Virus record (IMG/VR): IMGVR_UViG_3300009159_000048
Span: 1 to 64,000 of that record
From: a virus
Length of the DNA stretch: 64,000 nt
Strand: one strand, 5' to 3'
Of this stretch, positions 1-10,393 are shown piece by piece (the stretch's first letter is position 1; each line of letters opens with the position of its first letter). The notes beneath the pieces were generated by a model. It saw only the letters and a list, made by a program, of their open reading frames with translations. It was not told the DNA's origin and searched no databases. Both the position numbers and the translations under genes were made by a program.

Positions 1-921
1 GATATCGAAGGTATCTCTAAAATGGGTATTGATAACTCACCAGAAAAATTCAGATTAATTAGATCTAATAAAGTTGAAGATATAAATATTACATTAACAC
101 AATTATTAGATGAATTAAAAAATCAAAAAATGGCAGGATATGAAATTCCAAAGATTTTAATAGTATTAGACTCTATTGGTATGATGTCTTCTAACAAAGA
201 AAAAGCGGACTTACTAAAAGGTGATATGAAACAAGATATGACTAGAGCTAAACAACTAAATGCTCTTTTCAGAAGTATCAGTTCAGACCTTGGATATTTA
301 GACATCCCCATGGTATGCTGCAACCATACATACTTGACACAAGATTTATTTCCAAGAGAAATAAGTAAGGGAGGTATGGGTCTAGTTTATTCAGCTTCAG
401 TTTTAGGATTTCTATCTAAATCAAAATTAAAAACAGGTGAAGAAGATGATATGGATTTAGGTCAATCAGGTATTTCAGTTTTATTCAAAACTCAAAAGAA
501 CCGTTTAGCTAAACCTAAAAAGATTAGATTTGATATTTCTTTTCTAAATGGTTTAAATCCATACACCGGATTAGATGCTTTTTGTCGTCCAGAATATATG
601 GAACAAATTGGAATCGCTAAAGGTAAAATGGATGTAGATAAAAAAACAGGTGAAATGACTTTTGTTCCAGGTGGTAACAGATGGTATATTAACCACTTAA
701 ACAAATCAATTACAACAAAACAATTATTTACATCAGAAGTATTTACTCAAGAAGTTCTTGAAAAAATGGCACCAATTGTAAATGATTATTTTAGATTTAG
801 ATCGTTGGATGAGATTGAAGATGTTGAGAAGCAATTTAATAGTGTAATCGGAGATGATGAAGATGAAGATGATACAAACGGATTTACAGATTCGGCTGAC
901 GCAGATGATATCTTCGGATAA
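1..921 (+). CDS. uvsX: RecA/UvsX-like recombinase (5' end lies outside the window)
   Basis: Frame is open from base 1. Walker B-like IVLDSIG, DMTRAK, NHTY and GG..LVYSAS are typical of T4 UvsX/RecA; acidic C-terminal tail. Confidence 0.85.
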   Translation, partial: DIEGISKMGIDNSPEKFRLIRSNKVEDINITLTQLLDELKNQKMAGYEIPKILIVLDSIGMMSSNKEKADLLKGDMKQDMTRAKQLNALFRSISSDLGYLDIPMVCCNHTYLTQDLFPREISKGGMGLVYSASVLGFLSKSKLKTGEEDDMDLGQSGISVLFKTQKNRLAKPKKIRFDISFLNGLNPYTGLDAFCRPEYMEQIGIAKGKMDVDKKTGEMTFVPGGNRWYINHLNKSITTKQLFTSEVFTQEVLEKMAPIVNDYFRFRSLDEIEDVEKQFNSVIGDDEDEDDTNGFTDSADADDIFG

Positions 922-972
922 TAAAGAAAAAGTTCAAGAGTACTTTAACTCTAAAAAATAAAATAAAATAAT

Positions 973-1143
973 ATGTCAAAACAAGAAATTTATGAACAAT
1001 TGAAAACCCTTTGGGAACAATTTGAAGCTGGTCACAATGGTACTACTAAAGTATCTGACAGTAGAGCTCGTAAAGCTTTAGGTGAAATTAAGAAATTAGT
1101 TACTCCTTATAGAACAGCTTCTACAGAAGAAGGTAAAAAATAA
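973..1143 (+). CDS. Small histone H1-like (Hc1-type) nucleoid protein, 56 aa (not in the ORF track)
   Basis: MSKQEIYEQLKTLWEQFEAGHNGTTKVSDSRARKALGEIKKLVTPYRTASTEEGKK; RARKALxEIxKL...R resembles Hc1-like proteins. Confidence 0.65.
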   Translation: MSKQEIYEQLKTLWEQFEAGHNGTTKVSDSRARKALGEIKKLVTPYRTASTEEGKK

Positions 1144-1153
1144 TTAAATTAAA

Positions 1154-1366
1154 ATGATTTACAGAATCAAGGAACTTTTAGATGAAAGAAATGTAAGAAG
1201 TGAAAACTTCCCTTTAGAAGAACTGTATAAAGTAGGAATGGAGAATGTTAAAGATAACATTGAATTCTATTTTGATAAAACGTATACCTGTGAATCAGTA
1301 ATTAAAGAACTTTTTGTTAGAGGTATAATCCAACATATCGAAACAAAAAATAGTTTCCTTGTTTAG
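1154..1366 (+). CDS. Hypothetical protein
   Basis: 70 aa ORF co-oriented with the upstream genes and followed by a terminator. Confidence 0.6.
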   Translation: MIYRIKELLDERNVRSENFPLEELYKVGMENVKDNIEFYFDKTYTCESVIKELFVRGIIQHIETKNSFLV

Positions 1367-1409
1367 AAAAATAAGGTGGTGGACCCTCGACCTATCCAGT
1401 CGACCCTAG

Positions 1410-1437
1410 AAAACCCTCTCAATGAGAGGGTTTTTTT
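1410..1437. terminator. Bidirectional intrinsic terminator
   Basis: AAAACCCTCTC-AAT-GAGAGGGTTTTTTT between convergent genes. Confidence 0.75.
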
Positions 1438-1877
1438 ATTGAAATAAGTTTATGTCTGTATATAGTGAGTATCCAATAAATAAGTAAAAAAGAATTATAA
1501 ATATAAGTAAACCACTTGATATCAAATACTAATTTAAGAGTGATGTCTATTATTAATAAAATTACTATTAAAAAAATAAAATAAATAAGTGGTTTATTAC
1601 TTGAAATTAAGTAAAACTTAAATTTGTTTACTAGTGATAACTTACCGTTAAATAATTTATTTATTTTCTCGTCTCGTTTACAAGATTCGCATAAGTTAAA
1701 TTTATTCTTTTTATCTAATAAAACATCAAAGTCGGTTACATCTGTATTTATCTCTTCCTTACAAGAGTAACATTTTTTTCCTATTTTTAAATCATATGTG
1801 ATATAATTTGTCTTTTTAAGTAAGACAGTATAGTAAAACAGAAAAATAAATGTAAATAAAGTAAAAAATATAGACAT
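1419..1877 (-). CDS. Membrane protein with CxxC...CxxC zinc ribbon
   Basis: CYSC and CESC pairs; three hydrophobic segments. Confidence 0.6.
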   Translation of the reverse strand: MSIFFTLFTFIFLFYYTVLLKKTNYITYDLKIGKKCYSCKEEINTDVTDFDVLLDKKNKFNLCESCKRDEKINKLFNGKLSLVNKFKFYLISSNKPLIYFIFLIVILLIIDITLKLVFDIKWFTYIYNSFLLIYWILTIYRHKLISIKKPSH

Positions 1878-2329
1878 TATGAAAGAATTAATTCAAGAAA
1901 TTTATCTCTTTTAGCTTGTCTAGAAAGTGTTTTGATACACTCTGGTCCTAAACCATTCTGAATAGAAGAAGGAACTGTTAATGTTTTACCACATTTACCA
2001 CAACGACCTTCATGCCAAACTTCCACAAATTCAGGTAAAGATTGAGACTTCAGTTTGTCGATAATATACTGAAATACTTTAACTGATTGAGCGTTTTCGG
2101 AAATATGAGACTTCTTACCCCAAGTAAACAAACCGTTGACAATGATTCCTATATAAGAATAAGTATCAGGTGAAGTTAACACACTAACAAAGTAAAAACC
2201 AGGTGTTTTAGATATTTTAACTTTGAATGTAAATCTATTACCAGTTTTATTATTTTCTACTGTAAAAATAGAATTACCAGCGAAGATGAATTTAAGAGCA
2301 TCTTTTTGAGTTAGTTTGTGACCTTTCAT
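1877..2329 (-). CDS. DUF6011-like zinc-binding protein
   Basis: HEGRCGKCGKTLTVPSSIQNGLGPEC motif. ATG at 2329 preferred over the TTG at 2344. Confidence 0.7.
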   Translation of the reverse strand: MKGHKLTQKDALKFIFAGNSIFTVENNKTGNRFTFKVKISKTPGFYFVSVLTSPDTYSYIGIIVNGLFTWGKKSHISENAQSVKVFQYIIDKLKSQSLPEFVEVWHEGRCGKCGKTLTVPSSIQNGLGPECIKTLSRQAKRDKFLELILS

Positions 2330-2333
2330 ATAA

Positions 2334-2364
2334 CAAATATACAAAAAAATAATTAAAAGTCAAA
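2334..2364 (-). promoter_or_regulatory. Bacteroidota-type sigma-A promoter
   Basis: On the minus strand, TTTG (2361-2364), a 19 nt spacer and TATATTTG (2334-2341), 4 nt before the ATG. Confidence 0.6.
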
Positions 2365-2436
2365 ATGAAAATAAACATTATTGATATTGTTATTTTCATA
2401 AAAAATAGGAAAACATGAACTTATACTATATAAGTT

Positions 2437-3144
2437 ATGAATATAGTGGCAATAGATCCAAGTTTAATTTCAACAGCACTTGTTGTATCTTCAGGAGATA
2501 CATTTAAGATGTATAATTATTGTAGAGAATCATCAGCATTTGGTAAAACCGGAATCAAAAAATGGTTCAAACTGGCTGAACAATATGTCACATATAAATT
2601 TGTAGAATATAGAAGTTTTGAGGATTACTCAGAAGGAGAACTCACAAAACTAAAAGATTATGATAAAATCACGGATGATATTATTAAAGATATCTTAGAT
2701 AATATTGACCCTACTAAACAAACTAAGGTTGGAATTGAAGGGTATTCATTTTCATCAACAGCTGGTGATATTATTGACTTAGTTACATTCTCAACTCTTT
2801 TAAGAAAAAAACTATTTGATAAGATATCAGAGGACATTACTGTTCTTTCACCATCAACACTCAAATTAGAATCTTGTAAATTAACTTATCCGCCTATTAT
2901 TAAAGAAATTGGTGGTAAGAAGCCAAGACAAGAGTTTATCTGGAGAAATACTATTGGAATATCTGGTGGTAAATTTACCAAAACTGATATGTTTTTATCA
3001 ATAGTTGATAATAATGAAATAGATGACTTCTGGTCAAAACATTGTAAGTTATCAAAATCAGATATTCTTTCAGTTGCAACAATTCCTAAACCATATGAAG
3101 ATGTTAATGATTCTTATTTAATTTATAAGATATTACAAAAATAA
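2437..3144 (+). CDS. RuvC-like Holliday junction resolvase/nuclease
   Basis: RNase H-fold acidic motifs AIDPSL, GIEGYSF and DVNDSY. Confidence 0.7.
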   Translation: MNIVAIDPSLISTALVVSSGDTFKMYNYCRESSAFGKTGIKKWFKLAEQYVTYKFVEYRSFEDYSEGELTKLKDYDKITDDIIKDILDNIDPTKQTKVGIEGYSFSSTAGDIIDLVTFSTLLRKKLFDKISEDITVLSPSTLKLESCKLTYPPIIKEIGGKKPRQEFIWRNTIGISGGKFTKTDMFLSIVDNNEIDDFWSKHCKLSKSDILSVATIPKPYEDVNDSYLIYKILQK

Positions 3145-3171
3145 AAAACCCACTTAATTAAGTGGGTTTTT
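3144..3171. terminator. Bidirectional intrinsic terminator
   Basis: Perfect inverted repeat AAAAACCCACTTAATTAAGTGGGTTTTT. Confidence 0.8.
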
Positions 3172-3173
3172 AG

Positions 3174-5222
3174 TTATTTACCAATTTTACTTTTCAAGTA
3201 ATTGTTTACTTCATCTTTTTTATCAGATGGTAATTTTTGAGAGTGTGCTATCCACAGAATAGCTTCATTCCAATCTTTTTCTTGGAATTTTCCAGAAAGA
3301 CCAGACTCATCTAAATAATTAAGAATATCCATTCTTCCATATTCAGCAGCCCATTTAACAATCATATTTCTACCTCTATCATCTTGTACTTTCGCACCAT
3401 ATTTTAATAATAGTAAAAAGGCATCATAATAAGACTCACCGATATCACTTACAGAGCGCCAAGTTCCTTTAGTTACTTTTCTCCAAGGTAAGAAATTATT
3501 AAAAGATGGATCTAATCCAGCTTTAAGACAGAAATCTAATGCATCTGGTTGACCCATTACTTGATTAAATACATCACCTGTCATATCAGATCCATATGTA
3601 ACAAGTAATTTAATCATTTCTAAGTCTTTAGCCTTTGATATAGAAGCGTCTGCTCCTTTTTTAAGATTCGGTGAAGCTCCTAACTCTAAACAAACTCTAG
3701 CCTTTTCAACATCACCTTCTTCAACAGCATTTTCAAGAGCTTTAGCATTATCTTTGTTTATGTCAGCACCGTCTTCCTTAACATATTTTTTAATTTGTTC
3801 AATAGTAAGACCTTTTCTAATAATCTCTCTTTCTGCAATTTTAGCTCTTTCTCTTCTGTCAATTTCTTCAGGAGTCATTGCTTTAAGACAATCATTAAAA
3901 ATATTAATTTCTAAATCATTTTCACTTTCAAATTTATTCAATACTGATTTAAAACTATCCGCGACATTTCCATCATTTTTTTGGTGACAAGCTCTACCAT
4001 AACCGTGACTATAAATTTCAGCACCACTATCTGAGCTTTTATATCTATCAGAAGTTGAAGACTTACCAGGAGCAATTGTAACACCAATAACAGATAAATT
4101 ATCTGTTTGTGAAATATTAAAGTTATAAACATAATATTGTTTATTATTATGATTAGATACATAACTTTGCCATTGAGACATAGAATCTTTTATACAGTGT
4201 CTTGTATGACCATTTAAGAATTGATTTGCTTGAAAAGACTTAACTTCTAAAACTAATATACCATTCTCATCAAATACAATATCAGCTCCCAATCGACCAA
4301 ACTTTTCATTACAAGAATTAATCTTATCATAAAATGCCATAATACTATCATTCTCAGAAGATTTTAAGTGGTTCTTAGCCGCTTTTATTAATTCTCTAAT
4401 AGGATTATCCATATGCTCAAATCTTCTTAAAGATGAAGACCAAACCATTTTATTAAAGTTAGGATTAGGTTTACCATCAGGTAAAACTGGATTAGTATCT
4501 AATTTCATTTCACCAAAGAATGACTTCCAAACTTTTTCTTTTTTATCAGCAGGTACTTGGTCAAAACCACCGGCAACCTCAGCCATTTGTTCTTTGAGAT
4601 TCTCAGGAGCCTTGTTATACTCAGATTTTAATTTAGATGAAAAAGTATCAATTATTTTTTTGACCTTTCTATATTCTTCTAAATAACTAAGACCATCAAT
4701 TAATATCTCAGCATTATTATCAACATTAGTATCGATAAAGTTAGCATCAAACTTCTTAGGTAATCTATCTAAAAGGCCTGAATAATCTATCAGTTTAGCA
4801 AAAATATTGGTCTCTTCTCCAGTAGCAACATCTTTGCTCGTAAATAAGTCTTCCATAGAAACCATTTCAACAAAGTAAAAGTAAGTAAATGCATAAGTCC
4901 ATCCAATATACTTAGAACCTAAGTATTCTCTGATTTTTAAGAAGTCTGGATCTCTCTCAACTCTTCTTACATCTTCATCAGGTAATCTTAGTTCTCTTAA
5001 CTTAGTTCTAATTTCAGTTTGTTCTTCTTCTGAAAAGTCTTTTAATTTAAGACTTCTTTTTTCTTTATGATCTAATTGGTCTTTTAATTCACCTTTAATA
5101 AGACCTAATTCATCAGATGCAACTTTTAATAGTTCTCTTTCTTTCAAGAATTTTTTAGCCTTATCAAGATTCTCATTAATTGATTTATCTCCTAAAAATT
5201 GATTATACTTATATAACTTCAT
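3174..5222 (-). CDS. Protein with C-terminal ankyrin repeats and a capsid-targeting-like N-terminus
   Basis: GADIN...ALENAVEEG...LELGASPN, LLKYGAKV and WAAEYGRMDIL ankyrin-like units. Confidence 0.7.
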   Translation of the reverse strand: MKLYKYNQFLGDKSINENLDKAKKFLKERELLKVASDELGLIKGELKDQLDHKEKRSLKLKDFSEEEQTEIRTKLRELRLPDEDVRRVERDPDFLKIREYLGSKYIGWTYAFTYFYFVEMVSMEDLFTSKDVATGEETNIFAKLIDYSGLLDRLPKKFDANFIDTNVDNNAEILIDGLSYLEEYRKVKKIIDTFSSKLKSEYNKAPENLKEQMAEVAGGFDQVPADKKEKVWKSFFGEMKLDTNPVLPDGKPNPNFNKMVWSSSLRRFEHMDNPIRELIKAAKNHLKSSENDSIMAFYDKINSCNEKFGRLGADIVFDENGILVLEVKSFQANQFLNGHTRHCIKDSMSQWQSYVSNHNNKQYYVYNFNISQTDNLSVIGVTIAPGKSSTSDRYKSSDSGAEIYSHGYGRACHQKNDGNVADSFKSVLNKFESENDLEINIFNDCLKAMTPEEIDRRERAKIAEREIIRKGLTIEQIKKYVKEDGADINKDNAKALENAVEEGDVEKARVCLELGASPNLKKGADASISKAKDLEMIKLLVTYGSDMTGDVFNQVMGQPDALDFCLKAGLDPSFNNFLPWRKVTKGTWRSVSDIGESYYDAFLLLLKYGAKVQDDRGRNMIVKWAAEYGRMDILNYLDESGLSGKFQEKDWNEAILWIAHSQKLPSDKKDEVNNYLKSKIGK

Positions 5223-5232
5223 CTTATTACTA

Positions 5233-6786
5233 TTATTTTATTCTTCTATGAATTGAATGAGATTCATTAATTCTTAATAATTCTCTTTCCCATATTTTTT
5301 TAGACTCACCTTTAAGATATTTTTTAGTAAGTTCAGCTGCTAATTCATAATTTTCTTCTTCAACAGCTTTTTCTATCTCATCTTGTATCTCACTTATTGT
5401 CATATCATCATAAGACTTTTTAGATACAGGTTCTTCTTCTCCTTCTCCATATAATGTTTGTTTAACAAGTTTATCAATATCAGATTCTTCTTCATCAGTC
5501 ATCTGTCTATTATCTTTTTTGCTATTTTCCCATTCACTAACTTGTCTCTCATATTCTTCTAATTCATCAACCGATTCTTTAATTAAATCATCGATAAGTT
5601 TTCTACCTCTCGGACTTTCAAGAAAAACATTTTTAAGATTCTCTAAACAATCTTCATCAGACCATCTATCAGAATCTATAAGTTTACCAAAAACAAATTC
5701 TTTGATATTAGGATACTTTTGAGCATCAGGGTTTTTCATCACAAAGTCATTTAAATCTTGTGCTAAATAAGGACCATATCTGAAATCCTCAGCCTCGTCT
5801 AAAAATGTAGAAGTTTGTCTATGAACTTCCTCAGCCATTTCTTTATCTCTACTCATACCAACATCAGCAATTAATTCGTAAATTCCTTTAACTGCTTCAT
5901 GTAGTAACATCGGAAAATCAATAGCTCTTACTTTAACAGTAGGATTAAGATGACCAAGTACTTCAGAAATTTTCTCTTGCATTTCTTTATCTTTGATATC
6001 TTTACCTTCTTCGATAGCTTGATTAATCTCTTTTATTAAGTCTTCTTGTTCTTTTTTCTTTTTCTTACTATGAGCTTTCTTCTTAAATCTACCAGAACAA
6101 GCACCAGCCATTCCCTGTGGGGATCTCTCCATCATATCAGCTTTATCTTGAATAGGAATAACCCAGTCTAATTTATCAGCGATTTTAGAAATATCATTCC
6201 ATATTCTAATTGCCTCAGTAGATCTATCTCCATAAATTTCTCTTAAACCATTTGTTGTAACTTCTTGGTGTAAAATAAATTTAGTGTTTTTAGCTTCTCC
6301 TTGAATTATATTATTAGCAAACTTTCTCTTATCTAAAGCCAATCTAAGAGCTTCTTTATCTAATTCTCTCTTAGGTTCTTCTTGTTGGTCATCTTCTTGT
6401 CCTTCTTCCTCTTCTTCAGATTGATTTTTATCTTCTTCCTCTTCTTGAATTTCCTTTTTCTTTTCCTCTTCTTCTTTTTTCATGAACTCATGTACTTTCA
6501 TACCATCAGTAACAAGTTGTAAATCTAAATCTACATTTTTTAGAATTAGTGGATAAGTGTCTTTAAGAACTTCTTCAGCAAGTTTTTCTAACTTTTTTTG
6601 ATTACCAGTAATGAATCTACCAGAATCACGCATTAAACCCATAATCTGACCGATTAAACCACCAGGATTTTCACCTCTGATTTTCTCAGCACCTTTTCTT
6701 TCGATATCTCTTAATTTCTCTTCTGGTAATCCTTTATTACCTTTAATGGAGATTTCTTCTTTTAAAAATTCTGAAAAACTTTTCAT
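5233..6786 (-). CDS. Hypothetical protein, possible head-internal protein
   Basis: 517 aa; MKSFSEFLKEE leader; FPMLLHEAVKG motif; C-terminal UVR-like EIEKAVEEENYELAA. Confidence 0.6.
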   Translation of the reverse strand: MKSFSEFLKEEISIKGNKGLPEEKLRDIERKGAEKIRGENPGGLIGQIMGLMRDSGRFITGNQKKLEKLAEEVLKDTYPLILKNVDLDLQLVTDGMKVHEFMKKEEEEKKKEIQEEEEDKNQSEEEEEGQEDDQQEEPKRELDKEALRLALDKRKFANNIIQGEAKNTKFILHQEVTTNGLREIYGDRSTEAIRIWNDISKIADKLDWVIPIQDKADMMERSPQGMAGACSGRFKKKAHSKKKKKEQEDLIKEINQAIEEGKDIKDKEMQEKISEVLGHLNPTVKVRAIDFPMLLHEAVKGIYELIADVGMSRDKEMAEEVHRQTSTFLDEAEDFRYGPYLAQDLNDFVMKNPDAQKYPNIKEFVFGKLIDSDRWSDEDCLENLKNVFLESPRGRKLIDDLIKESVDELEEYERQVSEWENSKKDNRQMTDEEESDIDKLVKQTLYGEGEEEPVSKKSYDDMTISEIQDEIEKAVEEENYELAAELTKKYLKGESKKIWERELLRINESHSIHRRIK

Positions 6787-7040
6787 TTCTTTTCTACATA
6801 TTTTTTTACGTCATCTCCTGCTTTATGAGCAAGTTCGATAAATCTATGAGCAACATCTTCTGCTGTAGCCTTTTTCAACTCAGCCTTAGCTGGTGACGGC
6901 ACTGGAGATGTTCTGTCTCTTCTAATTGGATTAGGTGGTTGTGGCTTTTCAATGGTACCTGGTTTAACATCAGGCTTAACATCGGGTTTAACAGTTGGTT
7001 CGGCAAATGTAAACTCTTCATATTTTCTTACATATTTCAT
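6783..7040 (-). CDS. Small Pro-rich protein
   Basis: MKYVRKYEEF leader; VKPD repeats; ATGA overlap with the next gene. Confidence 0.65.
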   Translation of the reverse strand: MKYVRKYEEFTFAEPTVKPDVKPDVKPGTIEKPQPPNPIRRDRTSPVPSPAKAELKKATAEDVAHRFIELAHKAGDDVKKYVEKK

Positions 7041-7126
7041 AAATATAGATTATTTTAAGTGATTTATATATTAAAAATTAAAATTTACTTTTAGTATTTG
7101 ATAATCTCAAATTAATATATACTAAG

Positions 7127-8236
7127 ATGATAATTTGTAAATTTAACGAGTTTATGCCATTAAATGAAAAAATGGGAGTGGCCTTACCAGCCATTTGCTA
7201 TGCAGAACCTATACACGATTTAACTATTTCGGAATTTTCTAAATATTTAGAATCTGGTTCTAAAAAATCTAATTTGAAATTTGAGATATCAAGTAATAAT
7301 TTTTCTGATTTTATATCAAATAAAGAAGATTATAAAAAGTTTCCAGTAGTCAGTATTTTAATTAATTTATTTTTTACTAAAATATCTGATGATAAATTTA
7401 TTAAAGAATATCCAAATAAGTCTAGAAATAATATACCACACACAGTTGGTGGAGCGGCTTATAAATTTGGTCACAAAAATTGGAAAGAATACTCAAAGAA
7501 AACAGAATCAATAATAGAAGATTTAGACTTTGGTATAATTATTAAATTAGATGTTGCTATAATAATACCAGAAAGTTATGGTAAGATATCAGATGATATT
7601 ACTTTATCAGATGATGTAAACGAAACTATTTGGCATGAGTTAAATCACCTTTACGAATACTATGGTAGACTACTTTCACAAAAAAATATTCCTTTATATA
7701 AAAGAGCTCCAAAATTATCTATAACATTTTCAGATGAAAACAAATGGGGAATACCAAAGGGAATATTTAAGACTTGGTCTAGTTTTATTTTTTATTTTTA
7801 TCTATCCGAACCTTATGAAATAAGTGCTCAAGTTCAAGAAGCTTCCTATTTTGTTATAAAATACGGATTTGATAAATTATTTGAGACAACAGCTTGGAAA
7901 TACGCAAATGATATGGTGAATTTTAACCCAGATGATTTTATTGATATATTAGAAAATGATATAGATGATTATATCTCAAGTAAACCAGAAGAAAAGACAG
8001 CTCTTTATAGTGGTGTCTTATCAAAACCACTAAAAGAAAGATTAAAATCAATGTGGTTAAGTGTTTATAAGAAAGAATTAGCTCTAAATAAAGAAGAATC
8101 TAAAATAGATATTGAAAAACTTGAGAAAAACGATTGTGACTACTTTATTAATTATATGTCAAGAAGAGTCAATAGAGGTGGTAATAAGTTAAAAAGAAAG
8201 TTAACCAAACTATACGACTTTGGATCAAAAAAATAA
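7127..8236 (+). CDS. Zincin-like metallopeptidase
   Basis: IWHELNH (HExxH) with downstream EPYEISA as the likely third ligand. Confidence 0.6.
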   Translation: MIICKFNEFMPLNEKMGVALPAICYAEPIHDLTISEFSKYLESGSKKSNLKFEISSNNFSDFISNKEDYKKFPVVSILINLFFTKISDDKFIKEYPNKSRNNIPHTVGGAAYKFGHKNWKEYSKKTESIIEDLDFGIIIKLDVAIIIPESYGKISDDITLSDDVNETIWHELNHLYEYYGRLLSQKNIPLYKRAPKLSITFSDENKWGIPKGIFKTWSSFIFYFYLSEPYEISAQVQEASYFVIKYGFDKLFETTAWKYANDMVNFNPDDFIDILENDIDDYISSKPEEKTALYSGVLSKPLKERLKSMWLSVYKKELALNKEESKIDIEKLEKNDCDYFINYMSRRVNRGGNKLKRKLTKLYDFGSKK

Positions 8237-8243
8237 ATTATAA

Positions 8244-8477
8244 ATGAAGAAATTTAGTAAAATATTAGAATCCAAAAGTGAAAAATCACTAAAGGTAAAA
8301 ATAAAGTCAGAACTAGAAGATAATAATGACTATCAAATGGTTTCTGGTATTATAGATATACTCAAGAAAGTAAAGGATAAAGAAAATAGAATGGAAATAG
8401 CAAATGATATGGTCGCTCAATTTAAAAGAGAGAAAATTAAATTTGACTATGATAACTTTATAAACACTCTAAAGTAA
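8244..8477 (+). CDS. Hypothetical protein
   Basis: 77 aa ORF; MKKFSKILES leader. Confidence 0.6.
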   Translation: MKKFSKILESKSEKSLKVKIKSELEDNNDYQMVSGIIDILKKVKDKENRMEIANDMVAQFKREKIKFDYDNFINTLK

Positions 8478-8519
8478 TTTATAAAATTAATATATAAACC
8501 ATAAAATTAAAATTAGAAT

Positions 8520-9107
8520 ATGAAAAGATTTTCTGAAATACAAAAAAACTCCAAAAGTATCAAAAGAGTATTCGAAGCAGAAGGAGATGAACTAAAGTCA
8601 AACTTACCTTCAAATTATGAAGATATGTCTAAAGAAGAGTTAATAAAATTAATGTCTGGTAAACAAAAATCAGAAGAAGAGAGAGAAGAAAAATCAGAGG
8701 AAAAAGAAGAAGTTCAAGTTTCTGAAGGTGGAGATGTTTCTAAATTCATTTCTAAATTATTAGAATCAAGAGAAATGGCTCAAGTTTATCACTGGACTGT
8801 TAAAGGTGATATGGGTTCACACGCAGCTCACTTAGCTTTACAAACTTATTATGAAGAAGTTATTGAATTTATTGATGACATCGTTGAAATCTATCAAGGT
8901 CAATATGGTCTTATTGAAGAATATGATGTAATTGACACAACAGATTCTAAATCAAAAGATAAATTAGACTATTTTAAGGAAACTGTTGAGTATGTTAAAA
9001 GTGAAAGAACCTGTATTAAATCGGAAGACACACACATTCACAATATTATTGATGAATTAATTGCTTTACAATATAAGACAATTTACAAATTAACTTACAA
9101 TAAATAA
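8520..9107 (+). CDS. Ferritin/Dps-like (DUF5856-like) protein
   Basis: QVYHW...HAAHLALQTYYE...IDDIVEIYQG...NIIDE...KTIYKL four-helix metal-binding pattern. Confidence 0.7.
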   Translation: MKRFSEIQKNSKSIKRVFEAEGDELKSNLPSNYEDMSKEELIKLMSGKQKSEEEREEKSEEKEEVQVSEGGDVSKFISKLLESREMAQVYHWTVKGDMGSHAAHLALQTYYEEVIEFIDDIVEIYQGQYGLIEEYDVIDTTDSKSKDKLDYFKETVEYVKSERTCIKSEDTHIHNIIDELIALQYKTIYKLTYNK

Positions 9108-9120
9108 ATTACTTTTAATA

Positions 9121-9150
9121 AAAAAACCACTCTTAAAGAGTGGTTTTTTT
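9121..9150. terminator. Bidirectional intrinsic terminator
   Basis: AAAAAACCACTCTT-A-AAGAGTGGTTTTTTT. Confidence 0.75.
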
Positions 9151-9466
9151 ATTTAGTTTCAGTGTATAAGTATTTCCTTCCACTATCATTATAATCTTTA
9201 AGATTAGAAACAACATTATCTAATTTATCTAAAATATTATCAACATCTTTTTTAGCAACTTGTAAAGAAGCTATAGAATCGTCGATTTGGTCATTTCCTT
9301 TACTTGATTCATTTTTATAGTTATTTAACTCATTTAATAACGACTCTAAAAAATCACTTTTATCATCAATAAAAGCCATCATTTCTTTAACACTCTCAAC
9401 AATCTCACCTATTCTTTCTATAGAAATATCTAATTGTTCCGATTCATTAAATCTTTTAATTTTCAT
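9149..9466 (-). CDS. Coiled-coil hypothetical protein
   Basis: MKIKRFNES leader; heptad pattern. Confidence 0.6.
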   Translation of the reverse strand: MKIKRFNESEQLDISIERIGEIVESVKEMMAFIDDKSDFLESLLNELNNYKNESSKGNDQIDDSIASLQVAKKDVDNILDKLDNVVSNLKDYNDSGRKYLYTETK

Positions 9467-9483
9467 AATATACTTTTAGGATT

Positions 9484-9497
9484 TAATATATATATTA
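9484..9497. promoter_or_regulatory. Bidirectional TAATATATA putative phage (late) promoter
   Basis: Palindrome TAATATATATATTA between divergent genes; the motif recurs about 20 times upstream of starts. Confidence 0.55.
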
Positions 9498-9500
9498 ATT

Positions 9501-10181
9501 ATGAAAATTAGAAATAGACTTATTCTTGAGTTTACAGAATTCAACATACAAAGAATGAATCCAGATTCAGCAAGAGCTTCTATTCATGTCGATGATCCAC
9601 AATTATCAATTGATGCTTTTGATAAACACCAAGATGGTATCAGACAAGCACTTTCTAGAATTAATGATATCCTTTATAAGGTAAAAGGATCTACCGCTTA
9701 TAGTAACTTAAGAAGTAAATTATCATTAGATGATCAAGATATTCAAAGTATGAAAATACTTAGAATTGTAAAAAATGAAACTCTAAAATACACAGCTTAC
9801 ATTACATTAGTAATTGATGACGAGGAATATTGGGGAGAAGTAGAAGATGTTGTTGGCCTAAATCCAATTTTCTCATCTGAATTGTTTAAGGATTTTGATT
9901 TATTACAACCAAAAGAATGGGTTATCAAAATAAAAGGGTTAGTAATTAAAACTTTAAGAACTTGGTTAAAACCAGAAAATGGTAATTATAAATTATTAAA
10001 TAATGAAGTAATTTGTTACTCTACAGAAACTGGTAGACAATTAAGTATGCAACAAGGTATCGAAATAGAGGTATTAAAGTCATATGATAACAAAATTGTT
10101 ATTAAACACGAATCTGATACATATAACCTAATCGGAGATAATTTTATTTACTTTAATTGGTGGTTTGAAAAAGTAGATTAA
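9501..10181 (+). CDS. Hypothetical protein
   Basis: 226 aa ORF. Confidence 0.65.
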   Translation: MKIRNRLILEFTEFNIQRMNPDSARASIHVDDPQLSIDAFDKHQDGIRQALSRINDILYKVKGSTAYSNLRSKLSLDDQDIQSMKILRIVKNETLKYTAYITLVIDDEEYWGEVEDVVGLNPIFSSELFKDFDLLQPKEWVIKIKGLVIKTLRTWLKPENGNYKLLNNEVICYSTETGRQLSMQQGIEIEVLKSYDNKIVIKHESDTYNLIGDNFIYFNWWFEKVD

Positions 10182-10378
10182 TCTAATCTTCCTTCTCTTA
10201 TTACTATTTTTGAGAACCCCATTTCAGCACCAATAATTGGTAAATCAATAAACTCTGGTTTTATATCTAGTAAAAACCCAATTTCATTTACTTCTATAAT
10301 TATACCCTCTGCATATTTTTTATCCCAATTAAAATACACCTCGTCACCAACAATACAATCAATAGTTAATTTTTTCAT
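10178..10378 (-). CDS. Small hypothetical protein (SH3/KOW-like)
   Basis: VGDEVYF...GIIIEV beta pattern; A-rich upstream region. Confidence 0.5.
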   Translation of the reverse strand: MKKLTIDCIVGDEVYFNWDKKYAEGIIIEVNEIGFLLDIKPEFIDLPIIGAEMGFSKIVIREGRLD

Positions 10379-10393
10379 TTTAATTTAATTTTT

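Noticed and set aside
1376-1408. Short GC-rich stretch with a TCGAC/GTCGA hairpin before the terminator
   Set aside because: Too short to support an RNA gene call; no second copy seen.
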